From Coriobacteriia bacterium (GTDB lineage: Bacteria; Actinomycetota; Coriobacteriia; WRKU01; WQUG01): 32,000 nucleotides of DNA. The position numbers were made by a program, and so were the translations under genes. Location of the stretch: assembly GCA_009778715.1 (NCBI GenBank), contig WRFR01000001.1:111428-143427 (forward strand), in the 5' to 3' direction. This document shows positions 9,901 through 16,849 of the stretch, piece by piece. Under the pieces are notes generated by a model. It made no database searches. It was given only the letters and a program-made list of their open reading frames with translations, and was not told the DNA's origin. The first letter of the stretch is position 1, and each line of letters opens with the position of its first letter.

Positions 9901-10029
9901 CCTTTGTGCCTCGGGTTGCTTGCCCGTATCGGACTTTAAGGGCGCTGATATCGGCGCTTCGAGTTCTTGCTGCTGCATGATCAGTGCGTATTGCGGGTGT
10001 TTTTGTTTTCTTTTTCTGTTGTGGCTCAT
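6967..10029 (-). CDS. VirB4-family T4SS ATPase (TcpF/PrgJ-like) with a long acidic/proline-rich N-terminal extension
   Basis: Walker A is GKPGFGKT and Walker B is VYIDEFH. The preferred start is the ATG at 10029 (MSHNRK), 7 nt after GAGGAG. The track ORF starts at 10044. Confidence 0.9.
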   Translation of the reverse strand: MSHNRKRKQKHPQYALIMQQQELEAPISAPLKSDTGKQPEAQRRNTSSETTAPEMLDEAIELPSYEAAPSMPLKPDIYRQPESSEPQYTTVASDEVTTPEPLKPDISAQPIATALLSTNVDSDSESALQMPDAALAPVACEIAALETSSDIGPVDLARDDKKLPEPQSNNATADTTPETPDEVTDPVGDEVAKLTALSDDDFTDLARDYEERALLRANTAQGCLYFRNVLPDGISHDGDCVFSRLVAFDDVNYLYNREHDQAYIYNTLIALYNGFMPGTRFKVHIINEPVTRGELFEEFKAPDQDQADMQVFADEDNARLQTALSETQHNVKRYRYLTIAVTAYTLEEARPLLAQAVRLASEKLELIRANPRVLDGVERLKVMLKYTAPGEVPEDYNFTMADLAGLDAKDYLAPIGGYDFYPGGDKRIFMAGDKYAQALYWPNKGGLPRRPKDTILSDIFNLDIPMAATLTFTAIDNTEATAELYSKLRNMDSRIGKNMQDYSTHGVLPSMAVTPFMQNRIKQVNEQIDAMEQKDQNLFLGTLLLCIYGDTLEELNTNRFTLQAKTHQSRQNIAPLSGQQLQAFNTMLPTGNDMVELNRAFLSYEAAIFMPFTNTKVQEPGGIFYGRVKETGDLITYDRRNSNNRSEMVFGKPGFGKTFGVDVEVSGVLMRQPRARVYILDTKNHEFNPLVERWGGTIWHGTADSTEHINPFDIPSYYQVAGRDPITSRTADLIYILSTVAARPGETLSNAQQGIISRAIKACYDQLKKENYGVAEAMPTLLEFYENVRRDPSSKALDLADDFSIFAEGALDVFAHHTNVDLSARLIDFDISELDPSLKVFGMLVVLMQIWNLLLYNQAHGYETYVYIDEFHKVGDSPTALEYARKFWFEGRSFGLIPCGITQNAAHLLEHPILKHILSDSASVIMYQQADLDLFGDKDTEGLVTRLHLSETDANLLLAAPQGVAVAKFNDVIVHINNTFSDEEKNSETYKLFSTDPGEREAAARAAEREAAAIAAGIRA
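9711..9943. repeat. Dispersed direct repeats ATATATCGGGCTTTAAGGGC within the VirB4 5' region
   Basis: An identical 20-mer occurs at 9711-9730 and 9798-9817. A degenerate copy lies at 9926-9943. On the minus strand these encode PLKPDI / PLKSD. Confidence 0.8.
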
Positions 10030-10375
10030 GGGAAATCTCCTCATTATAGAAAGGGCACAAATCCTCCCAGGAATTTGTAATCACATACGGACGGAATGGG
10101 CGGCGTTGAACATAGAAGTACACTTCAAGCCACTCAGAAAACGGCAAGTGATCGAAGTGGATGAAACCAGCGGCGATGATGCACGCGGCAACTACGATAA
10201 AAACTACCACCACAACAGGAACCGGCAGCTTGAGCACGCCAATACCGACCACATTAATGACAACTGACGCGCCAAGAGCCGTGAGAATGTACTTGACCTT
10301 ATCGCGACCAATTCCGAGGTTGGTGACAGTTTTCTCGTAGCTATAGGTGTCCTCATGTAGTGTAATCGGCTTCAT
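9869..10375 (-). CDS. PrgI/VirB3-like small membrane protein
   Basis: An N-terminal HEDTYSYEKTVTNLGIGRDKVKYIL is followed by two hydrophobic segments. The gene lies immediately upstream of VirB4. Its basic C-terminal tail of about 53 codons overlaps the VirB4 start in another frame. Confidence 0.65.
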   Translation of the reverse strand: MKPITLHEDTYSYEKTVTNLGIGRDKVKYILTALGASVVINVVGIGVLKLPVPVVVVVFIVVAACIIAAGFIHFDHLPFSEWLEVYFYVQRRPFRPYVITNSWEDLCPFYNEEISHEPQQKKKTKTPAIRTDHAAARTRSADISALKVRYGQATRGTKAQHEQRNDGA

Positions 10376-10734
10376 GAGAGCATACCCTTGCAGCCAGTGC
10401 CAATCCAGGCAGCAACAGCAACGACGATCAGTCCAGCGACGATACCGCCAGCATGATTAGCTTGCAGGGCCGCGCTCCCATGCTCCTCGTTAGTGGACAT
10501 GGCGTAATTTTTAACGTTAGTGGCCGTATACATAGCGCCAGGGACCGCAAAGATTGCAGCGATCAGTAGCAGTGTGCCGTTAAGTGTGCCGTCATAGCCG
10601 CCTGATACCGAGTTAAGGTAGTTCGCGGCATAGGCCGCGTGCGGTGCGATGAGTGTCGCGGCGCCAGCAAAAATAGCTGGTATCCACGTATACTGTTTTC
10701 TTACTTTACTTGCAAATGTGTTTAGGGTTTTCAT
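10372..10734 (-). CDS. VirB2/TrbC-like small secreted membrane protein (putative)
   Basis: The ATG at 10734 follows GGAAGGA and lies just after the T4CP stop at 10751. The signal-like N-terminus ends in AYA, and two hydrophobic helices are separated by a polar loop. The longer track ORF (to 10998) overlaps the T4CP gene and is not favoured. Confidence 0.5.
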   Translation of the reverse strand: MKTLNTFASKVRKQYTWIPAIFAGAATLIAPHAAYAANYLNSVSGGYDGTLNGTLLLIAAIFAVPGAMYTATNVKNYAMSTNEEHGSAALQANHAGGIVAGLIVVAVAAWIGTGCKGMLS

Positions 10735-10750
10735 ACTATATCCTTCCTGT

Positions 10751-12964
10751 TTAACTCTGAGGTCTTTTTTGCCGGTACTCTGTATGGATATATGAGACAT
10801 CGCTGCCATCCTTGCCGGATACATAAACGGTGCTACGAGCGCCAATGGGCCGCGCACGGGTTGAGTGTTGCCGCTCCTCGGCGCTATGATCTGGAAACTC
10901 CGGCACGTAGGTATCGAGGTATTCAGCTTTTTGTCCAATGCGCAAGCCGATATAATCGCCGTTTTTAATGCCAAAGCGGCGGCCGTGTCTGATGGCATAG
11001 GTGCGCTGGCCTATCTTGAAATGCACGCTAGGAAGCAACCAGGGCAGAAGCAGGGTAGGGCCGCCATACTGAATCTTTGGCCAAAGTGGGCGACGGTGCC
11101 CGGGATCCACATAACGGTAGAGCGAGTTATGCTCATTGATATAGCGCTTGTCGATCCTTGAGTTAAACGAGGATACCTGAATAAGTAAGTGAGAGCGTGG
11201 GATCCTGCCAACCTCAGAAGGATCTAATAAAGCGCGGGAATCTATTTGGTCGCGTGCCACATCGGTTGACTGTTTTTCTCCACCGCGCGACGTTACCGCA
11301 TCATGGGCAACAGTCAGCTCGCCGGCACGTTCGCTAAAGGCCTTATTGACCTCATAAGAGCCAGTACCTAAAGTGACCCAGACGCCGCAAAGCTCACGGA
11401 TTGTTTGCGCGGCCTCACGGCCGTAAAGCTCCTCAATTTTTACAAAAGAGAGCGTAGTGATCAGCCAATAGAAACCATAAGAACGCGACACCCCGATATT
11501 GTTATCGAGGTCAGGAACACGCCCAAAAGCCAAGAACTCATCGATCATAACTTCGATCAGCCCGGCCGCTTGACCACCATGGAAGTTATCAACCAGATAG
11601 ACTATACGGCTCATAAGCTGGTTTAAGAACATGCCATTTAAGAAATGGAACGTAGAGTTTCGTGCGTCAGACACAACGAAGATGACCGTTTTCTTACCCG
11701 GATCGAGCAACTTGTCGAAGTGAAACTCATCGTGGCTCAAAAGCGTCTGAATACGGTCGGCCGTAAAACGCGAGAAGGAGGCGTGAACCGATCCCACAAT
11801 AGAAGCTACCGTTTCAGGAGATCCGATATTATCCTTGAAGTGTTGCCACTGTCTTACGACCCAGTGTTGCGGTTGTGCTACCTCATAAGTGATAAAACCA
11901 GCCGCGTCAGCGTCTGGCACGCCAATGCCGACATAACGCTTGCCGGTCTTTACCTGGTTAATAAGCCGCTCAAAAAGTGAAATATCTTGACCGGGATCAG
12001 GTAGCAGCATATCGACAAGCTCCAAAAATGTTTTCATAGAACGCGATCCAGGGCAGAAGTAGTGCATATAGCCGCCGAGACATTGGATGATGATACGTTT
12101 TTGATCCTGAAAGAACTGCATATCGCCAGTAATATTTTTGTCAACATCTTTTGTGCCATTGACGATCATATCGGCGATCCGCATAATCTCGACCTGGGGA
12201 TCGAGCGTTGATTTATGCCCCGGGCTCAGACCTGCCTTATCATCAAGGCATGCCCACATATCCCAGCAGTTAGACTCCAGCGGATTATAGGTATTAAAGA
12301 CCTTAATATCAAAGCCCAGAAACTTGAACAGCCATCCAACGCGACGCAAAATATCGCCTTTGGTGTCCCCAATAACAAGCAGCTTCAAAGCCTTGTTTTT
12401 TACTGTGCGAAGGATCTGCGTCATGATGTAGGTTGACTTACCACCGCCAGGCTCAGCAGTCACAAACACAAAGGGGAAGCGGAAATACTTATGGCTTATG
12501 GTAGTAGCCGCAAGACCAAGCCGCGTCCACTTACCAAGCTGCCAATTATCTGAAGGATCATCGCGATCAGCAAAATTGCGCATGGCCCACCAGGACGCAA
12601 GGCGTGCGGAACCTTTTTCCTGGCCATACATTTTATTACGGCGAGAATGATCCCAGAAGTAGCGCCACAAGAAAGAAACCCAGATATAGACAACCAGGAC
12701 GCCAGCAAATATAAGACCGATATGGCTTAAGAACACCAAGCGCGGGAATGTTACCGCTTGATGAAACATTGCGCCAGTTATAAGGACAAATCCTTGCTTG
12801 TGTAGTATCACGTCAAAGAAGCGCCCTGCATAGATCGTGCGCGAAAATGCCACGAAAAGACCGACAACGAACAGTGTCGTTACTCCGAACAAAAACGGAT
12901 TGCGAATAAGCCCCCGCAGTAGCGGCCGCGCGTGCTTTGATGTCTGTGAAGGTACGGCAGTCAC
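10751..12964 (-). CDS. Type IV coupling protein (VirD4/TraG family)
   Basis: N-terminal TM helices are followed by a Walker A TAEPGGGKST and a Walker B-like VMIDEFLAFG. The protein is 737 aa. The GTG start directly abuts the upstream stop. Confidence 0.85.
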   Translation of the reverse strand: MTAVPSQTSKHARPLLRGLIRNPFLFGVTTLFVVGLFVAFSRTIYAGRFFDVILHKQGFVLITGAMFHQAVTFPRLVFLSHIGLIFAGVLVVYIWVSFLWRYFWDHSRRNKMYGQEKGSARLASWWAMRNFADRDDPSDNWQLGKWTRLGLAATTISHKYFRFPFVFVTAEPGGGKSTYIMTQILRTVKNKALKLLVIGDTKGDILRRVGWLFKFLGFDIKVFNTYNPLESNCWDMWACLDDKAGLSPGHKSTLDPQVEIMRIADMIVNGTKDVDKNITGDMQFFQDQKRIIIQCLGGYMHYFCPGSRSMKTFLELVDMLLPDPGQDISLFERLINQVKTGKRYVGIGVPDADAAGFITYEVAQPQHWVVRQWQHFKDNIGSPETVASIVGSVHASFSRFTADRIQTLLSHDEFHFDKLLDPGKKTVIFVVSDARNSTFHFLNGMFLNQLMSRIVYLVDNFHGGQAAGLIEVMIDEFLAFGRVPDLDNNIGVSRSYGFYWLITTLSFVKIEELYGREAAQTIRELCGVWVTLGTGSYEVNKAFSERAGELTVAHDAVTSRGGEKQSTDVARDQIDSRALLDPSEVGRIPRSHLLIQVSSFNSRIDKRYINEHNSLYRYVDPGHRRPLWPKIQYGGPTLLLPWLLPSVHFKIGQRTYAIRHGRRFGIKNGDYIGLRIGQKAEYLDTYVPEFPDHSAEERQHSTRARPIGARSTVYVSGKDGSDVSYIHTEYRQKRPQS

Positions 12965-14344
12965 CTACATCGCCACTTTTGGAGCCGGAGTATGCTTTGG
13001 GATGTTTATCGCAGGTTGTACTTTATGAGATGCGTCGGCAGCCTCGCGTAGCACTGCTTCTTTGCGCTCTTGATAGACCGTGTTTTTGATAGCAGCGTCT
13101 GAAGCGTGGAGTTTGTTATGGCTCAAATCATCTAACGCGCGGCGAAGCGCGTCCTGGTTAGAAGCCTGGCAGCGCAGCAGATACGACCCGTCTGGTTCCA
13201 AATGTGCATCAAAGACGATGCCACGCTCCATTAAAGCGACCGCGTAATCGTCAATATCAAACGCTACTACAGCGAGCGGGAAATCAAGGCGATCCGCGAT
13301 CTCGAAGGGTTTACGTTGGAGGGCATGTTGTCTGAAATGGGTAGCAGAGTTCTTAAGATCTTGCTGCTGGCGTATATAGGCCACACGCTCAGCTGCGAAC
13401 TTTTCATCTAGCACCTGCGCTGTGATCGTATGCAAGCTTGCGTCCTCTCCAGTAGCGGCAAGTACCTGCACGGTCCCCGAATCACCCAGTCGGCGCGCTT
13501 CAAGCTGAAGCCCTGCGTCCGTGCCCCGTTTCATGACCTCGGCAGCCGCGGCGCTATCCAGGACAAAGTACGGACGATCGAGAGCGTAGGTGTAAGACAC
13601 TTCTGGCACATTATCAGTGATTGACTCTACAACCGACTCTACATAGGGCCGCAGATCCTCGCTGAAGAACACGTCAACAGCATCTTGTCCGGGAACCTCA
13701 TAAAAGTCGAAGTCCTCAAGTCGCGGAAGCGCGTCGGTAGGTTCAAGACCAAGGTCGGCATAAGCCTGGGCGATATTGCTCTGAGCAGAAGCAGTCGCAT
13801 CGTAGGCGTTTTGTGCCCGGTCGCGTGACTCTTCATAAGCGCTACCAGCAAGAACGATATCGGTTTCATCAGCGCTCGTGATACGACCATCGGTTACAGC
13901 CTTAGTCGTTAAGCTACGATCAAGATGCTCTGGATCAAGAGCAAGACCATACTTCGCTACCTGAGAATTAAAACGATTTAAAGCGGCATTTTGTGCACTG
14001 CTGCGATCACGTGCGGCCGCGTCCAAATCGACCTGTTGTTCACGCAATGTCGCAACATCATTAAGCCGCTTTTTAAAGACCTCGCAATCGGCGGTAGCAA
14101 GGGTGATCCTGCACTGATCTTGTACCCAGGTATTACCCCGGACTTCCTCTAGGCGTGCTGGTAGATCACGTTTTTGCGCGTCAAGTTGCGCTTGCAATTC
14201 TTGACCCCAGACAGCGGCGCCCGCTTGGCGTTCAGCGGTACCTGTTTTAACCCGTGATGCTACCTTGCGCCCAAGACCTCGCAACGCCTCGGTTGAATAC
14301 CTAAAAAGCCATTCAACGACTTGATCTTCTGCATCAGCTGGCAT
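12965..14344 (-). CDS. Acidic soluble protein of unknown function, translationally abutted to the coupling protein
   Basis: The 459-aa ORF has no TM segment and no catalytic motif that I recognise. It has a coiled-coil-like N-terminal half and two similar alpha/beta-looking modules in the C-terminal half. Confidence 0.8.
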   Translation of the reverse strand: MPADAEDQVVEWLFRYSTEALRGLGRKVASRVKTGTAERQAGAAVWGQELQAQLDAQKRDLPARLEEVRGNTWVQDQCRITLATADCEVFKKRLNDVATLREQQVDLDAAARDRSSAQNAALNRFNSQVAKYGLALDPEHLDRSLTTKAVTDGRITSADETDIVLAGSAYEESRDRAQNAYDATASAQSNIAQAYADLGLEPTDALPRLEDFDFYEVPGQDAVDVFFSEDLRPYVESVVESITDNVPEVSYTYALDRPYFVLDSAAAAEVMKRGTDAGLQLEARRLGDSGTVQVLAATGEDASLHTITAQVLDEKFAAERVAYIRQQQDLKNSATHFRQHALQRKPFEIADRLDFPLAVVAFDIDDYAVALMERGIVFDAHLEPDGSYLLRCQASNQDALRRALDDLSHNKLHASDAAIKNTVYQERKEAVLREAADASHKVQPAINIPKHTPAPKVAM

Positions 14345-14356
14345 GATTACTACCTA

Positions 14357-14521
14357 CTAGCGGCGTCCCCGGCGCGTGCCGCCGCCGAAGGCGCGAGTGC
14401 CGCCACCACGTCCAGCTTTGCGCTTGCGCGCCGACCTTATTATGATAATGACGCAGACAACGATAAATCCGACGCAGACAACGCCGAAGACCCATTGTAT
14501 TGTTTGTATAAATGCGTTCAC
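14357..14521 (-). CDS. Small 54-aa single-TM peptide with an Arg/Gly-rich tail
   Basis: A GTG at 14521 lies 7 nt after AGGAG. The hand translation is MNAFIQTIQWVFGVVCVGFIVVCVIIIIRSARKRKAGRGGGTRAFGGGTRRGRR. It fills the gap between ssb and the 459-aa gene and is below the track cutoff. Confidence 0.5.
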   Translation of the reverse strand: MNAFIQTIQWVFGVVCVGFIVVCVIIIIRSARKRKAGRGGGTRAFGGGTRRGRR

Positions 14522-14551
14522 TGCTTTTCTCCTGTTCTTTAGACTCTTTTA

Positions 14552-14962
14552 CTAAAATGGAATATCTTCAGTCAAGACCTCGACTGACGGTGCATCTTGG
14601 CTGGGCGGCTCATAAGATGTGCTGGCTTTGCCGTCACGCGCTGACATAAACTCGACATCATCAGCCACGATCTCGACCTTGCTACGCTTATCACCTTCTG
14701 ATGTCTGCCACGAGCTCCAACGCAAGCGACCGGACACCGCGACCTTCATACCCTTGTGCAAGTAACGCGAGAGACCTTCGCCGCGCGCACCCCAAACCAG
14801 GACATCGAAGAAGTTCGGAACGTCTTCCCATTGATCGGTTTTCACGTTCTTCTTACGATCATTGACCGCGATACCGATTTGTAGCACCGTACTGGTGGCG
14901 GCCTGGCGCAGTTCCGGATCCCGCGTGAGATTCCCTGTTACAAATACTCGATTGATACTCAT
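14552..14962 (-). CDS. ssb: Single-stranded DNA-binding protein
   Basis: The sequence starts MSINRVFVTGNLTRDPELR and has an OB fold. The C-terminal acidic tip ends in DIPF. The ATG at 14962 follows GAGGAAGGAG. The track start at 15046 is rejected. Confidence 0.92.
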   Translation of the reverse strand: MSINRVFVTGNLTRDPELRQAATSTVLQIGIAVNDRKKNVKTDQWEDVPNFFDVLVWGARGEGLSRYLHKGMKVAVSGRLRWSSWQTSEGDKRSKVEIVADDVEFMSARDGKASTSYEPPSQDAPSVEVLTEDIPF

Positions 14963-15067
14963 ATGAACTCCTTCCTCTTGTAAAACTATCCTTTGCTCTT
15001 TTCCCCAGCCTCGCCAAGAGCTGCCGGCACATCTGCTCGGCTCCATGTCTAATAAAATTCAGCGCGT

Positions 15068-16777
15068 CTACAAATGAGCTTTCAGCGTGGGTTTTTGTGC
15101 GGCCATACCTTCAAAAATGTTTGCTGGAGTTTCGCTTTGTTTTGCGGTCTCATGGTCCTGCTCGGCCTGGGCCGCACCGAGACGAGCAGCCAGTACCGGC
15201 TGCTGGCTTTCAGCGGTAGTGGGGGAGTTGATAAGATCGAGACCAAGGGTCGTCTCATCAGTTATCATGCCGGTAGTGATAACGCCAAAAAGATCGGTAT
15301 TGCGAAAATCAGCTCCGCGACAATCTGCTCCAGCAAAGCTTGTAGGCCTGGCCCCGTTACGGTCAGGATGATTGTTGAAGTGCGCAAGCTGAAAATTCGC
15401 ACCTCTAAGATCAGCTCCGGAAAAATCAGCACCTAAGCACTGGGCGCTGATGGCGCATATATTGTGGCAGTCAGCATCGTGGAGATCTGCATTGAAAAAC
15501 TGCATACCAATGCAATTAGTGTCAGACAGATCAGCGCGAGCGCCTTCTTGTTCTGAAGTACTAAGCCACAAGTGATGAGCTCTGAGAATTTCATTAAACT
15601 CATCATCGTGTTGCTGAACTTTTAGGATCCGCATATCGCCGCTCCTTCTGATTGATGGTTCGCGGTCCTGTAAGTTTCTGATGCCAGTAGCGACTTCACT
15701 TTGTTTTGCAGCGTCATGGTCTTGCTCGGCCCGAACTGCACCGAGACGCGCGGACAGTTCTGGGCGCTGGGTTTCAGCAGGCTTGGCGCTAAGCGTCTTA
15801 TCAATACGCTCTATGAAATCCTGGGCAGCTTTCTGAATGGTCGTAAGCGACTGTTGGAGTTGCTTCAAATCCTTATCTTCTGCCCACCCGGCGATGTATC
15901 CGAAACTGTAATCAGATGTATCAATACCTAAATACCCGGAAACAATATAGGCAACGCTTTCGGCCTCAAGCTCCTTAGCCGATTCACTGAGATCATTGGA
16001 CAGATCAGCATGAAGCGTGGCGTGGGTCATTTCATGAATAAGTGTCTTGATTGTCTGTTCTTGCGACATATCACTTCGAACAACAAGCTGGCCGGTGTTC
16101 AGGTTTTGCAAAGCGTTGATGCGAGGTGCCAGGAGAACAAAGTAACCGTTCGCGCCATTATTAAGGTAGGCAAAATCATCTTCTGTACCGAAGTCCACAG
16201 GATAGGGAGAAATTTCTACTAAGGTGTCGATAAGCCTGTCATAACCTGCGACGGCGCCGGTGAGCTCCGTGGCAAGATAGGCTTCTTTGGGTAAAGGTTG
16301 TCCTGATGTTTGTGAAACATCAAAGACCGACACCGGAACATAACTCATCCAGGAAAGCTTTGTTTCATACTTTCCATCCGGGCGTTGTGTGACTTTCTTT
16401 GCTGCATCCTCACTACTTAGATCCTCTGACTTCATCACATCTTTAATCGCTTGATCTTTTGTCACGTAAAGATAAGTTGACGTTCGTTTCGCTGGCGCGA
16501 GGATCCGGATACCATGCTCACCTTTATTGACCATGCGCTTATGCTCATTTTTCCAGGTGTTAAATCCTGCGATGTACTCAGCGTCAGGACGTTGTAGCAT
16601 TATAAGAATAATATTGCGATGAGAGTACTGGTGAAAGCGGGCATGGAATTTGAGATACTTCTCATAGCGTCCACCGTCGGCAAAAATATCTTTTGTGCCA
16701 GATTCTAACTGAGCAAAGAGATCCTTGATCTCAGCGGCGCGCTTATCATCGCGTGTATGTTGAGGAACTGTAGCCAT
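15068..16777 (-). CDS. ardC: ArdC-like anti-restriction protein: an N-terminal ssDNA-binding domain plus a zincin HExxH protease, fused to a C-terminal pentapeptide-repeat domain
   Basis: The ArdC-N signature is YSHRNIILIMLQRPDAEYIAGFNTWK..VNKGEHGIRILAP. The metalloprotease signature is LIHEMTHATLH..EAESVAYIV. The C-terminus carries about 14 A(D/N)LXX pentapeptides (ADLSDTNCIGMQFFNADLHDADCHN..ADFSGADLRGANFQL..CRGADFRNTDL). Confidence 0.85.
   Translation of the reverse strand: MATVPQHTRDDKRAAEIKDLFAQLESGTKDIFADGGRYEKYLKFHARFHQYSHRNIILIMLQRPDAEYIAGFNTWKNEHKRMVNKGEHGIRILAPAKRTSTYLYVTKDQAIKDVMKSEDLSSEDAAKKVTQRPDGKYETKLSWMSYVPVSVFDVSQTSGQPLPKEAYLATELTGAVAGYDRLIDTLVEISPYPVDFGTEDDFAYLNNGANGYFVLLAPRINALQNLNTGQLVVRSDMSQEQTIKTLIHEMTHATLHADLSNDLSESAKELEAESVAYIVSGYLGIDTSDYSFGYIAGWAEDKDLKQLQQSLTTIQKAAQDFIERIDKTLSAKPAETQRPELSARLGAVRAEQDHDAAKQSEVATGIRNLQDREPSIRRSGDMRILKVQQHDDEFNEILRAHHLWLSTSEQEGARADLSDTNCIGMQFFNADLHDADCHNICAISAQCLGADFSGADLRGANFQLAHFNNHPDRNGARPTSFAGADCRGADFRNTDLFGVITTGMITDETTLGLDLINSPTTAESQQPVLAARLGAAQAEQDHETAKQSETPANIFEGMAAQKPTLKAHL
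15131..15216. repeat. Direct repeat copy 2, flanking the pentapeptide-repeat module (partner at 15695-15780)
   Basis: An ungapped hand alignment of 86 nt gives 68 identical positions. The two copies encode ARLGAAQAEQDHETAKQSE and ARLGAVRAEQDHDAAKQSE. Confidence 0.8.
15695..15780. repeat. Direct repeat copy 1, flanking the pentapeptide-repeat module (partner at 15131-15216)
   Basis: Same alignment as for the partner copy. Confidence 0.8.
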
Positions 16778-16778
16778 C

Positions 16779-16796
16779 AGAGATCACCTGATCTCT
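16779..16796. promoter_or_regulatory. Perfect palindrome AGAGATCA-CC-TGATCTCT directly upstream of the ardC start codon (candidate operator)
   Basis: The 8-bp arms are read directly from the sequence. The palindrome contains two GATC sites and covers the ardC ribosome-binding region. Confidence 0.5.
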
Positions 16797-16849
16797 CCAG
16801 GCCGACCGAGCAGCATTGACACGCTGATAAATCTAACAATATTACCCAT
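16784..16849 (-). CDS. 21-codon leader mini-ORF upstream of ardC (possibly an ssb 5' remnant)
   Basis: An ATG at 16849 follows GAGGAAGGAAAG. The translation is MGNIVRFISVSMLLGRPGEIR. Its TGA lies inside the putative ardC SD (AGGTGA), 6 nt before the ardC ATG. Coding status is uncertain. Confidence 0.3.
   Translation of the reverse strand: MGNIVRFISVSMLLGRPGEIR

Noticed and set aside
9990-10030. A-rich stretch CAGAAAAAGAAAACAAAAAC as a possible +1 frameshift site fusing the PrgI-like and VirB4 frames
   Set aside because: VirB4 has its own strong SD and ATG at 10029, so no recoding is needed. The A-runs are short (5 nt at most) and no stimulatory structure is evident.
10735-10998. Upstream 88 codons of the 208-aa ORF 10372..10998
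   Set aside because: This part overlaps the 3' end of the coupling-protein gene in another frame. The internal ATG at 10734 has an SD and sits just past the T4CP stop, and the mature-looking protein begins there.
14321-14542. 73-aa plus-strand ORF between the 459-aa gene and ssb
   Set aside because: It runs against the whole operon, has no SD and is low-complexity (Ala/Asp-rich). The minus-strand 54-aa ORF with an SD explains the interval better.
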